Positions 22,943-32,785 of a DNA stretch of 64,000 nt are shown here, piece after piece. Origin of the DNA: an uncultured Gemmatimonadales bacterium (GTDB lineage: Bacteria > Gemmatimonadota > Gemmatimonadetes > Gemmatimonadales > GWC2-71-9); assembly GCA_963730185.1 (NCBI GenBank), contig CAVSQW010000008.1, positions 562,426-626,425 on the forward strand, in the 5' to 3' direction. Numbering within the stretch: the first letter of the stretch is position 1; every line of letters begins with the position of its first letter. Both the position numbers and the translations under genes were made by a program. The notes under the pieces were generated by a model. It saw only the letters and a program-made list of their open reading frames with translations. It did not search any database and was not told where the DNA came from.

Positions 22943-24506
22943 TCACGGAGCCGTGAACGAGAACCGCTCCACCTGCCGGAGCGCGTCTCGGATGCCGAGC
23001 GCGGGGAGCCCGACCAGGGTGGCGCGCCGGACCCGAATCTCACGGGGATAGAAGAGCACCAGCACCGGCGGGTCGCTCGCTTCGATCTGCTGAAAGGCGT
23101 GGTAGGCGGCGTGGCGGACCGCCGGGGCGACCGCGGTTCGGCCCGCCCGGAGCAGGCTGTCGGCGATCGGATTCGAGTAGCCGACGTCGTTGTTCGACTG
23201 GTCGGTGCCGTAGTACGAGTACTGGTCCGGGTCGAGCGGAGTGTTCCACCAGATCAGCGCCGCGTCGAACCGGTGGGGGAGAATCCGGTCGCGGACCAGG
23301 GCCGAGAACTCCATCGTCTCGATCCGGACGTCCATCCCGATCCGGTCGAGGTCCTGCTGAACCGCCACCGCCGTCTGCTCCCGGGTCGGGTTGCCCTTGT
23401 CGACCAGCAGCGTCACGGCGAAGGGCTTGCCTTGGGGGTCGCGGAGACGCCCGCCGGCGTCGCGCCTCCACCCGGCGCTCGCGAGCAACGCCAGCGCCCG
23501 GGCGGTGTCGTAGGGGATCCGGGGCAGATCGGCGCCGAAGTCGGCGTGGAGCGCGGCCGGAATGGTGCCTTGGGGGTAGTCGCCGTGGGTTCGGAGGACA
23601 CCGTCGATGATCGCCTGGCGGTTCACGGCCAGGGTCAGCGCCTGGCGCACCGCGGCCGGCCGAAAGCGCGCCAGCCGCTGGTTGAAGCCCACGTAGTAGT
23701 GCTGAGGGACCTCCAGATAGTCGATCGCCAGCCCCGGCTCCGCCTCGAGCCCGGGCAGGTTGGCCGGCTCGACCGTGATCAGATCGAGCTCGCCGGCCCG
23801 GAGCTGGGCCACTTGGGCGTTGAGGTCTGGTACGATCCGAAAGACGAGCCGGTCCAACGCCGCGGGCGGGCCGTAGTAGCGGGGGTTGCGCTCGAGCGTC
23901 AGGTGGCTGCCCGGGACCGCCTCGACCAGCCGGAACGGGCCGGCGCCCACCGGATGCGAGCGATTCCGGTCGACGGCCGCGCGGAGCCGCTGGCCGCGGA
24001 AGACGTGCTCGGGGAGAATCCCGGCATTGTGTCCGAGCAGGGTGAGAAACGGGGCGAACGGGGTGTGGAGGACGAAGCGCACCGTCAGGGAATCGGGGAG
24101 CGCCGACCGAGTCGATCGCCGAGAAGTCGGACCAGAGGAGCGTGCCGCTGGTCGAGTCGCGAATTTGCTCGAAGGTGAACACCACGTCGCGGGCGGTGAG
24201 CGGGGCGCCGTCGTCCCACTCGAGCCCGGACCGAAGCCGGAAGGTGTAGACCCGCCCGTCGGGCGACACCGTCCAGCGCTGGGCCAGGTCGGGCGAGGGC
24301 GCCAGCGAGTCGTCCGGGCGGACCAGGCCGGGGAAGAGGACCTTGTTGACCAGTACCGAGCCGAGGTCTGGCGCCAGCACCGGATTGAGGATCGGGTCGT
24401 TGATGATCGCGAGGCGGAGCGTCGTTCCTGACGGCGGCCCGGCGGCGCGACAGCCGAGCGCCGCGACCAGCGCAACTGCGGCCCTGCCACCACGGAGCGC
24501 GCTCAT
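22943..24506 (-). CDS. ABC transporter substrate-binding lipoprotein, family 5; one apparent frameshift ~24100
   Basis: Lipobox ALGC; PDLA..W.VS.DG..YTF.LR; TA.DV.FT; PVGAGPF; VRQAL..AVNR. Confidence 0.9.
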
Positions 24507-24507
24507 C

Positions 24508-26247
24508 TCACCCGAGCGCCGACTCGAGCTCCCGCCGGGCGGCCTCGAGCGCCGCCACCAGCCGGTTCTGGCCCCGGGTCAGGTGGGTCCGCACGAAGCC
24601 GGCCCGGTCGGCCGAGGCCCGCGGCAGCTCGAGGGCCGGCGCCAGGTCGGGCAGGGGCGGGATCGTTTCGGCGGGATCGGGGAAGAACCGGGGGCCGGTG
24701 GTGAAGTTGACCGGCACCAGGTGGCGGGCCAGCCGCCGGATCGCGGCATTGAGCCGGCGGACCTCGGGGTCGGACGCCGGGCGCTCGCCCAGGGACCCGA
24801 TCCGCTCGGCCAGCCGGTCCACCTCGGTCCGGAGCGCGGCGATGGCCGCCCGGGCCGATGCGAAGGAGAAGGCCTGGCCGGCGGCGGCCTGATACCGGTC
24901 GAGCGTCCGGCCGAAGTCGTCGAGCGTGGCCCGGAAGTCCAGCGGGGCCACCGTGCGGTTGGCCATCTCGGCCACCGCGGCCAGGTAGATCTTGATGTCG
25001 CGGAGGAGCACCTCGCGGTCCGCGATCTCGAGGGTGTCGTCCTCCGTGTGCCAGGCGATGTTGCCCCCGCAGCCACCGACGGCGTAGTACCCCTTCTCGG
25101 CCCGGGCCTGTGGCGACATGGTGGACAGCAGCATGAAGTAGCTGGAGATCCCGATGTTGTTGAAGGAGTAGTCGCCCGCCTGGAACGGCCGCTCGCCCCG
25201 AGCGTCCTTGCCGGCGATCGCCCGGATCGTCTCCTGCGCGAACGCTTCGGCCTCGGGCATCCAGGAAACGTCGAGGTATTCGGTGGCCCAGCGGCAGCCG
25301 GGGGAGTCACAGTTGACCTGGGCGATACAGTGCTCGGCCAACTCGCGGGCGTAGTGGTCGGCGAACCAGGTGCTCCCGGCGTACCGCCCGGTCGAGTGGC
25401 CTGGCCACCAGGCGATCCAGATGCTCCGCCGGAGGCTGCCGCGATGCTGCCAGAGCACCCGGGCGATCTCGAGCAAGGTCGCGTCGCCCACCGCGTTGTC
25501 GCCCACCCCCACGTCCCACGAGTCGTAGTGGCCGTGGAGCAGCACGAAGGCGTCCGACTCCTCCGTGCCGGGGATCTTCACGACCGGAATGGGCGACCGA
25601 TACCACCCCTCCTCCAGCGCCGTCGTCAAGGTCGCCACCTCGGCCCGGCGGCCCGCCGCGATCAGACGCTCGCCGTCGGGCCGGTTTACGGCCACCACGG
25701 GAATGCCCGGCTTCCGGGGAAGATCCCGGAGGTCGGGCGTGCCCCAGATGGTGGTGCAGATGCCCCAGTGCGGGTTCTTCCCGGGGTTGACCGCGACCAG
25801 ACCGGCGGCGCCGAGGGCTTCGTAGTGCGACACCTTGCCAGGCATGCCGAACCCTTCGGTCACCACGATCCGGCCCCGCACCTCGCGATCGAGCGGGTGC
25901 GCCCCAGGCCGATCGAAGAGCTCCTCGAGCTCCGGGTCGTGGGTGTTAGGCAGGTAGATCAGCGGGGCCGAGGTCCCGTCCGTCGGTCGGCTCATGGCCA
26001 TGGGCTTGGCCCGGAGCACGGTGGCGCCGACCGTCACCGAGGCGGCGCCCGGCAGGCTGAGATAGAGCTCGGGGTCGTGGACGGTCACCGGCACGCCGTG
26101 GGCCTCGAGTCGCGAGACGATCTCGCCGCTCGCGGTCCGGACGTCGTCGGGATGCTCGCGCTTCAGAGTGGAGAACCGCTCGATCAGGCTCCAGGGCAGG
26201 TCGACGGAGACGTCGGCCAGGGCGGCCTCGACCTCGGGACGGGGCAT
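24508..26247 (-). CDS. M28-family metallohydrolase with PA domain, no signal peptide
   Basis: HGHYDSW, GDNAVG, WWPGHSTGRYAGS, NCDSPG, WHT..DT. Confidence 0.8.
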   Translation of the reverse strand: MPRPEVEAALADVSVDLPWSLIERFSTLKREHPDDVRTASGEIVSRLEAHGVPVTVHDPELYLSLPGAASVTVGATVLRAKPMAMSRPTDGTSAPLIYLPNTHDPELEELFDRPGAHPLDREVRGRIVVTEGFGMPGKVSHYEALGAAGLVAVNPGKNPHWGICTTIWGTPDLRDLPRKPGIPVVAVNRPDGERLIAAGRRAEVATLTTALEEGWYRSPIPVVKIPGTEESDAFVLLHGHYDSWDVGVGDNAVGDATLLEIARVLWQHRGSLRRSIWIAWWPGHSTGRYAGSTWFADHYARELAEHCIAQVNCDSPGCRWATEYLDVSWMPEAEAFAQETIRAIAGKDARGERPFQAGDYSFNNIGISSYFMLLSTMSPQARAEKGYYAVGGCGGNIAWHTEDDTLEIADREVLLRDIKIYLAAVAEMANRTVAPLDFRATLDDFGRTLDRYQAAAGQAFSFASARAAIAALRTEVDRLAERIGSLGERPASDPEVRRLNAAIRRLARHLVPVNFTTGPRFFPDPAETIPPLPDLAPALELPRASADRAGFVRTHLTRGQNRLVAALEAARRELESALG

Positions 26248-26446
26248 GGGTGGACTCGGCGGAACGGTGGCTGGGGCGTGAACCGAGCGAATCTAGAGCG
26301 CTCCGTGCGTCGGGGCCAGCAGGTGAATCTGGCGACAATCCCCATCGTCCACGTCGTCATCAACAATCGTCAAATTGTTTTCACCACGAAGAGCGAGTAT
26401 GCGCTCTCCACGTATACCTAAAGACTTCAACATCAAATAGATACAG

Positions 26447-26467
26447 TTTCCACCATTGAAGTGGAAA
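26447..26467. promoter_or_regulatory. Perfect 7-7-7 inverted repeat, putative operator in a low-GC intergenic stretch
   Basis: TTTCCAC CATTGAA GTGGAAA. Confidence 0.4.
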
Positions 26468-26609
26468 AACTCCCTGTCGCATCTTTTGACTTTTCTACTG
26501 TCTGGATGGCGTCACAGTGGGCCGGCGGAGGGATCGCCGCTTGGTCGTCTCAGGCTTCGTTGCGCGATCGCTACGATGTTGCTGCAGCGCAGCATGCCAT
26601 GGAGTGAAA

Positions 26610-27032
26610 TCAGTCGCCGACGTGGGTGGTCGACCAGCTCTCCCAGGTCAGGTGGCAGCGGTCGACGAAGTACTCGGGTGGGTGTCCTTCGCGGTCGAGC
26701 AGGTAGTGCAGGATTTCGTGGCTGACGACCATTTCGTGGTCGACGTACCGGCCGGCGATGATGATCCGGTCTTCCGAACCGATCTTCTCCCACATTCCGA
26801 CCTTCGGGCCCGCGGTCGTCTGGAAGGTCTCGGCGCCGGGCACCACGTACCAGCGAATGTTGTTGAAGCGTCCGGAGAGGCGGCTGCACGCCTCCGTGTT
26901 GCCGAACCACCCCTGATACTCGGCCAGCGCAGTCATCGGCACGGCGCCGTCAGGCAGCAGGTTTTCGGTCGGCGCCAGCGATGAACAGCCGGCGAAGACG
27001 AGGAGAGCGAGGGCAGGGAATCGGCGGGACAT
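26610..27032 (-). CDS. Small lipoprotein with HEXXH zincin motif
   Basis: MSRRFPALALLVFAGC lipobox; VSHEILHYLL. Confidence 0.7.
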   Translation of the reverse strand: MSRRFPALALLVFAGCSSLAPTENLLPDGAVPMTALAEYQGWFGNTEACSRLSGRFNNIRWYVVPGAETFQTTAGPKVGMWEKIGSEDRIIIAGRYVDHEMVVSHEILHYLLDREGHPPEYFVDRCHLTWESWSTTHVGD

Positions 27033-27230
27033 ATGCTGACCGGGCTGTGGCTCCATTGCGACAGAAAAAGGACCGAACTGGGTCGTCGAAGTTTTCAACT
27101 GTCGAAGAAGCGAACTGTGTGCCAGGTGACCAGGTCCAAGTGTCCGAAAACGAATCCCCCCGGACCGATTGTTCGGTCCGAGGGGAGCGGGGGAGGGGGA
27201 CGACGGGCGGGGCGAGCCGCCCGGCTCGAT

Positions 27231-28262
27231 TCAGGGCGTTCTGGGCTCCGGCCGTCCGTCCGGCTTCCAGGTCGGGGCGGGGCCGTCGGCCAGCAGCCGG
27301 ACGGCCTGGGCGGCGGCGTTGATCACCTTGGCCATGTGGTCGGCGTCGACCTTGGAGACGTCGTCGCTGGGCCGGTGGTAGTCGGTATGGAGGCCGAAGC
27401 TCGAGAGGGTATGGGCCACGATCCCGAGGCGGGCGAAGGCGATGTTGTCGCTCCGCTCGAAGAAGTGCTGGTCGGGTCTGGGATCGGCGACGATGGGGAT
27501 GCCCTGGGCCGCGAGCTCGTCGCCCATGGTGCTCCGGTCGTAGCCGGTGAGCCAGCCGCGTCCGGGGCCCCCGGCGAGGGAGTCGGGCCGGCCGATCATC
27601 TCGATCTCGAGGTTGGCGACCATTTGCTCGAGCGGCCGCCAGGGGTGGGCGATGTACCAGCGGGTGCCGAGCAGGCCGACCTCCTCGCCGGTGGTGGTGG
27701 CGAAGAGAATCGTGCGCCGCGGCTTGGGGCCGGCCGCCAGCTGGCGGGCGATCTCGAGCACCGCGACCACGCCCGAGGCGTCGTCGTCGGCGCCGTTGTA
27801 GATCGAGTCTCCGTCGACGGCCGGGCCGATGCCGACGTGGTCGTAATGGGCGTCGACGAGGACGTACTCGCCGTCGGCGTCGTCTCGTCCCTGGAGGACG
27901 CCGAGCACGTTGTATCCGGTGCGGCGACGGTCGGGCGCGACCGTGTCACCGGCCGCGAAGCTCTCGAGCAACACCCGGCGGGGCCGGGGACGGTCGGGTG
28001 GAGGGGGAACGACCGCGATCGGAACCGGTTGGAGGAAGCCGCTGTCGCCGGCCGGGACCAGCCCGATCCGGCGCATGGTTTCGGCGATCATGGTCGCCGC
28101 TCGAGTGGCGCCGGGCTCGCCGGTCATCCGTCCCTGGAGGGAATCGTCGGCCAGGGGGGCCAACAGGTCGAGGACCGAGGCGGCGGTCGACGGCGCGGGC
28201 GGAGCCGGCCGGCAGGCAGCAGCGACCAACGCGGTCGCCGCGATCGTGAGGGCAAGTCGCAC
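27231..28262 (-). CDS. M28 family aminopeptidase lipoprotein
   Basis: Lipobox AAAC; AHYDH, NGADDDASG, GEEVGLLG, RSDN, YHRPSD. Confidence 0.92.
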   Translation of the reverse strand: MRLALTIAATALVAAACRPAPPAPSTAASVLDLLAPLADDSLQGRMTGEPGATRAATMIAETMRRIGLVPAGDSGFLQPVPIAVVPPPPDRPRPRRVLLESFAAGDTVAPDRRRTGYNVLGVLQGRDDADGEYVLVDAHYDHVGIGPAVDGDSIYNGADDDASGVVAVLEIARQLAAGPKPRRTILFATTTGEEVGLLGTRWYIAHPWRPLEQMVANLEIEMIGRPDSLAGGPGRGWLTGYDRSTMGDELAAQGIPIVADPRPDQHFFERSDNIAFARLGIVAHTLSSFGLHTDYHRPSDDVSKVDADHMAKVINAAAQAVRLLADGPAPTWKPDGRPEPRTP

Positions 28263-28322
28263 GAGATCGAGATCCGATTGGAGATCGGTCGAAGGTAACC
28301 GCCCCGCGGCTCGGTTGCCCGG

Positions 28323-28544
28323 TCAGGCCCGATCCCGCTCCGGCTCTCGGCCGAGGGCCCGCCTGACTTCGTCGGCCAGGGCGTCGGCCAGGTCGAGAGC
28401 CGCCTCGACCGCGTTCCGGAGCGGGCCCCCGCGCCGGCGGGGACGCTCGGGAGGCTCGACCGGGACCAGCGCCACGGAGGGTGGCGGGCGGCGCGGGGGC
28501 GCGGGCGGGCTCTCGGTTTCCGGCGTCGGGGTCGGCTCGGACAT
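28323..28544 (-). CDS. Small hypothetical protein
   Basis: MSEPTPTP.. with amphipathic C-terminal helix (AVEAALDLADALADEVRRAL). Confidence 0.5.
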   Translation of the reverse strand: MSEPTPTPETESPPAPPRRPPPSVALVPVEPPERPRRRGGPLRNAVEAALDLADALADEVRRALGREPERDRA

Positions 28545-28806
28545 CGGCGGCTTCCGTTCGGGACGCCGAGCCCTACGGGCGGCGCGGGCGTTTGGTGCCA
28601 GCGGCCGCCAAAGATCGGAATCCGACTCCACGCCGGCGGGGCGTTGGGCGCCACCCGGCGGGGCGGACGATCGGTTCGTCCGGGCGCGGGCGACAGTGCG
28701 CGGTCATCGTTAGGCAGGTTGCGTTCGCCGGGGGGCTCCGCTAGAGTTCCAAGGTTAACCCTTGAACGCGGGCTCGCGTTTACCCCGTACGACGGAGGCC
28801 TGACTC

Positions 28807-31044
28807 ATCTTCCTTCTCGCGACCGATCTCGATGGGACCTTCCTCGGCGGACGCCGGAACGACCGCCTCGCGCTCTACTCCACGCTCCGCCAAAGCTCCG
28901 ACGTTCGGCTCGCCTTCGTAACCGGGCGAGGGCTCGAGAGCGTCCTTCCCCTGTTGAACGACCCGCTGATTCCTGATCCGGAGTACGTCATCGCCGACGT
29001 CGGCGCCACGGTCGTGAGGGGGACGTCGTTGGAGCCGGTCCAGCCGATCCAGCTCGAGATCGAGCAGCGCTGGGCCGGCGCGGGCGCGGTTCGGGCCCGG
29101 CTCGACGGGGTGGCCGGCCTGACACCTCAACAGGTGCCGCAGGAGCGCCGATGCTCCTATTTCTACGAGCGGCCGGCGGTGGTGGAGGAGGTGCGGGGAC
29201 GGTTGGCGGGCCTGCCGTGCGAGGTGCTGGTCTCGGCGGGACGGTATCTCGACGTGCTCCCGCCCGGCGTGTCCAAGGGCTCGACCCTGGTCCGGCTGGT
29301 CGAGCAGCTGGGGCTCCCGGCGAAGCGGGTGCTGGTGGCCGGCGACACGCTCAACGACCTGTCGCTCTACCTGTACGGGTTCCCCGGGGTGGTGGTGGGG
29401 AACGCCGAGCCGGCCCTGATCGAGCAAGTGAGCGGGAAGGCCGGCGTCTGGGTGGCCGGTGGCGACGGGGCCCGCGGGATCCTGGAGGGCGCCGCCCACC
29501 ACGGACTGCTCGACGGGATCGACCTGGCGACCGCGCCGGACCAGACCGGGGAGGCCCAGCTGGTGGTGGCCTATCACCGGCTCCCGTTCGAGGAGGTGGT
29601 GGTGGACGGCGAGCGGATCCGCCGATCGCCCAAGAGTCCCAACGGGATCATCCCGACGCTGCTGGGGTCGTTCTCGCGGGGACGGGCCGGCTCCTGGATC
29701 GCGTGGTCGGTGCCGGAGGACGGCGAGGCGCTCCCCCGCCACGAGCTGGTGGACCCGGAGCGCTATCCCAACCTGATCGCGTCGCGGGTCCCCCTGGCCG
29801 ACGAGGACGTGCAGCGGTTCTACAAGAGTTTCTCGAAGAAGGCCTTCTGGCCGGTGATCTTCTCGTTCGTCGACCGGGCCGAGTTCTCGGGAAGCGACTG
29901 GCGTCACTTCCTCCAGGTCAACCGTCAGTTCGCCGAGCGGGCGGCCGCCGACGCCGACCTCAACGCGGTCGCCTGGATCCACGACTACAACCTCTGGATG
30001 GTGCCGGCCTTCCTGCGACAGCTCCGGCCCGATCTGAGGATCAGCTTCTTCCATCACACCTCGTTTCCGCCGGCCGACGTGTTCAACGTGATTCCCTGGG
30101 CCGACCAGCTGATCGGCAGTCTGGCGCAGTGCGATCACGTCGGATTCCACGTGCCCCGCTACGCGGCCAACTTCGTCGACGTCCTCCGCTCGCACCTGCC
30201 GGTGACCGTGAAGCGAACCCGGCCGTGCGCCCCTCGGTTCCGGGTGAGAGGGGTGGCGCTTGCGCAGGAGGAGATCGCCACCGAGATCGAGGTGGCCGGC
30301 CGACCGCTCAGGATCGGCGCCTATCCGGTGGGGGTCGACACCGAGGGGATCGCCGCGATTCTGGCCGAGCCGGCCAATCGCGACCACTACCAGCGGATCC
30401 GGCGGCAGTTTTCCGACACCAAGCTGATCCTCTCGGTGGAGCGACTGGACTACGTGAAAGGACCGCTCCAGAAGCTGGAAGCGTTCGAGCGCTATCTCGA
30501 GCTCCATCCTGAGCAACGGGAGCGGGTGGTGCTGGTCTTCGTGACCACCCCGCCGGCCCGGGGGATGGCGATCTACGACGAGATTCGCCGCTCGGTCGAC
30601 GAGGCGGTCGGCCGGATCAACGGCCGGTTCGGCACGCTCTCGTGGACGCCGGTCAGCTATCTCTTCCGCTCGCTGCCGTTCGAGGACGTCGCGGTCCACT
30701 ACGCGGCCGCCGACGTCGCCTGGATCACGCCGCTCCGCGACGGTCTCAACTTGGTGGCCAAGGAATTCGTCGCGGCCCAGGAGGCGACCGGGGGCTCGGG
30801 CGTGCTGGTGCTCTCCGAGTTCGCCGGCGCGTCGGTGGAGCTCCACGGCGCGCTGCTCACCAATCCCTACGATCTCGAGAATCTGGTCGAGATGCTGGAA
30901 CGGGCGCTCGCCCTCCCCGAGGACGAGCGTCGGAATCGGATGCGGCGTCTGGGGCGGATCGTGGCGGGCCACGACGTCCACGATTGGAGCCGGGAGATCC
31001 TGGCCGACGCCGAAAGCACCCGACCGCTGATCGGCGCCGCCTGA
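28807..31044 (+). CDS. ggpS: Bifunctional glucosylglycerol-phosphate synthase/phosphatase (HAD-IIB + GT20)
   Basis: In-frame N-terminal LLATDLDGTFL, VTGR, KG, AGDTLND; GT20 part YHRLPF, SPNGIIPTL, WIHDYNLW, FFHHT.FP, ERLDYVKG, RDGLNLVAKE, LSEFAG; start appears to be ATC. Confidence 0.85.
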   Translation: MFLLATDLDGTFLGGRRNDRLALYSTLRQSSDVRLAFVTGRGLESVLPLLNDPLIPDPEYVIADVGATVVRGTSLEPVQPIQLEIEQRWAGAGAVRARLDGVAGLTPQQVPQERRCSYFYERPAVVEEVRGRLAGLPCEVLVSAGRYLDVLPPGVSKGSTLVRLVEQLGLPAKRVLVAGDTLNDLSLYLYGFPGVVVGNAEPALIEQVSGKAGVWVAGGDGARGILEGAAHHGLLDGIDLATAPDQTGEAQLVVAYHRLPFEEVVVDGERIRRSPKSPNGIIPTLLGSFSRGRAGSWIAWSVPEDGEALPRHELVDPERYPNLIASRVPLADEDVQRFYKSFSKKAFWPVIFSFVDRAEFSGSDWRHFLQVNRQFAERAAADADLNAVAWIHDYNLWMVPAFLRQLRPDLRISFFHHTSFPPADVFNVIPWADQLIGSLAQCDHVGFHVPRYAANFVDVLRSHLPVTVKRTRPCAPRFRVRGVALAQEEIATEIEVAGRPLRIGAYPVGVDTEGIAAILAEPANRDHYQRIRRQFSDTKLILSVERLDYVKGPLQKLEAFERYLELHPEQRERVVLVFVTTPPARGMAIYDEIRRSVDEAVGRINGRFGTLSWTPVSYLFRSLPFEDVAVHYAAADVAWITPLRDGLNLVAKEFVAAQEATGGSGVLVLSEFAGASVELHGALLTNPYDLENLVEMLERALALPEDERRNRMRRLGRIVAGHDVHDWSREILADAESTRPLIGAA

Positions 31045-31047
31045 GGC

Positions 31048-32781
31048 GTGTTCGCCACCGCCGACTGGGTCGTCATCGGCCTCTACCTGGCGTTTGCCCT
31101 GGTGGTGGGCTTCGCCGTGCGCGAGCGGGCCGGCCAGGGGCGCCGGAGCTACTTCATCGCCAACTCGACCTTGCCCTGGTGGTGGGCCGGGGTGTCGATC
31201 GCGGCGACCACCTTCGCGGCGGACACCCCGCTCGCGATCACCGGGATCGTCGCGTCGCGGGGGCTCTCCGGCAACTGGCTCTGGCTTTCCTGGATCCTGG
31301 TGCACGCCGCCGTGGTGGTGATCTTCGCCCGCCGCTGGTGGCGGACCGGCGTGGTGACCGACGCCGAGTTCATCTCGCTCCGCTACGGCGATCGCCTGGC
31401 GCCGACGCTCCGTTCGTTCCGCGCCTTCCTCTTCGGGATCGTCTACAACGGGATCATCCTGGGTTGGGTGCTCCGGGCCATGAGCAAGATCGTCCACCCG
31501 CTCTTTCGCTGGGAGGACTGGTTCCCCGGGCTGGTGCACTTCGTGGGGCGCCTGATGCCGGCCGAGACCGCAATCGGCGGTCCGTCCGAGGTGCTGTCGC
31601 TGGTCTCCCTGATCGCCCTGGTGGCGCTCTACTCCTCGATGGGCGGGATCCGGGGCGTGATCATCACCGACCTGGTGCAGTTCGCGCTCGGACTCTTCGG
31701 GAGCATCTGGCTCGCGGTGGCCGCCTGGCAGGCGGTGGGCGGCCACGCCGGGCTGATGCACGCCCTGCGTGAGCTCTACGGGCGGAACCACGACTTGCTG
31801 GCGCTCTTTCCCTCGACCAGCCGCGCCTGGGTCCAGAGTCTCGGCCTCGGGGCGTTCACCTTGGGCGTGTATCTCCTGGTCCAGTCGTATGCCAACGTCC
31901 CGGCCGACGGCGGCGGCTACCTCCAGCAGCGGCTCAACGCTACCCGGAGCGAGCGGGACGCGGTCAAGGCCGCCGGCCTCTTCGTCGGGCTCCAGTACGT
32001 GATCCGGATCTGGCCCTGGTTCATCGTCGCGCTCGCCGCGTTGGTGCTGATCCCGTTGGAGGGCGGCGGGACGGCGGTGCCGGAGCGGCTGGCGGCGATG
32101 GTGGCGCACGACCGGGAGATGGCCTACCCGGCGCTGATGGTCTTCTTGCTGCCGGCCGGGGCGCTGGGGCTGGTGGTGGTGAGTTTGCTGGCCGCGTTCA
32201 TGAGCACGATCGACACCCACTTCAACTGGGGCGCCTCGTACCTGGTAAGCGACATCTACCTCCGGCTCCGGCCCCAGGCCTCCACCGGCGAGCAGGTGTG
32301 GGTGGCCCGGCTCGCGGTGGTGGGGTTCGCGATCATGGCGGTCATCGTGGGCTTCAACATCGACACGATCGAGCAGGCCTGGCGCTGGGTGGCCTTTCTC
32401 GGCGCGGCGTTAGGCGTTCCGACGGCGCTCCGGTGGCTCTGGTGGCGGGTAACCGCCGCGGCCGAGCTGGCCGGGGCGGTGGCCGGCCTGGCGACCGGGT
32501 TCGCCCTGGTGGCGCTGACGAGCACGCCCTACGAGGTCAGCCTGATCTGGATCTCCGGGGTCAGCACGGCGGTGATGCTGGCGACGATTCTGCTGGGCCC
32601 CCGCCCGGCGGAGGCCACGGTTCGGGCGTTCGAGGAGAAGGTGTCGCCGCTGGGCTTCTGGCCGAGCCGGTCGCTGGCCGCCGGCTGGCGCCAGATCGCG
32701 AGCCACGTCGCGGGGGTCGCCGCCCTGGTCCTTGGCATGATGGCCAGCCTCTGGCTCGGGTCGGAGATCTTCCTGCGCTGA
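31048..32781 (+). CDS. Sodium:solute symporter family transporter
   Basis: LPWW.AG.SIAATTFAADTPL, GGIRGVIITD.VQ, LAAFMSTIDTH.NWG.SY. Confidence 0.9.
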   Translation: MFATADWVVIGLYLAFALVVGFAVRERAGQGRRSYFIANSTLPWWWAGVSIAATTFAADTPLAITGIVASRGLSGNWLWLSWILVHAAVVVIFARRWWRTGVVTDAEFISLRYGDRLAPTLRSFRAFLFGIVYNGIILGWVLRAMSKIVHPLFRWEDWFPGLVHFVGRLMPAETAIGGPSEVLSLVSLIALVALYSSMGGIRGVIITDLVQFALGLFGSIWLAVAAWQAVGGHAGLMHALRELYGRNHDLLALFPSTSRAWVQSLGLGAFTLGVYLLVQSYANVPADGGGYLQQRLNATRSERDAVKAAGLFVGLQYVIRIWPWFIVALAALVLIPLEGGGTAVPERLAAMVAHDREMAYPALMVFLLPAGALGLVVVSLLAAFMSTIDTHFNWGASYLVSDIYLRLRPQASTGEQVWVARLAVVGFAIMAVIVGFNIDTIEQAWRWVAFLGAALGVPTALRWLWWRVTAAAELAGAVAGLATGFALVALTSTPYEVSLIWISGVSTAVMLATILLGPRPAEATVRAFEEKVSPLGFWPSRSLAAGWRQIASHVAGVAALVLGMMASLWLGSEIFLR

Positions 32782-32785
32782 GCGA

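Noticed and set aside
26440..26470. DnaA boxes / oriC
   Set aside because: Only imperfect matches, too few, and no dnaA/dnaN context
28762..28806. Selenocysteine readthrough of the in-frame TGA before ggpS
   Set aside because: The HAD domain begins right after it, the upstream peptide is not domain-like, and no SECIS is evident
28780..32220. 1146-aa minus-strand ORF
   Set aside because: Antisense shadow of ggpS and the symporter; typical of high-GC codon bias, no motifs
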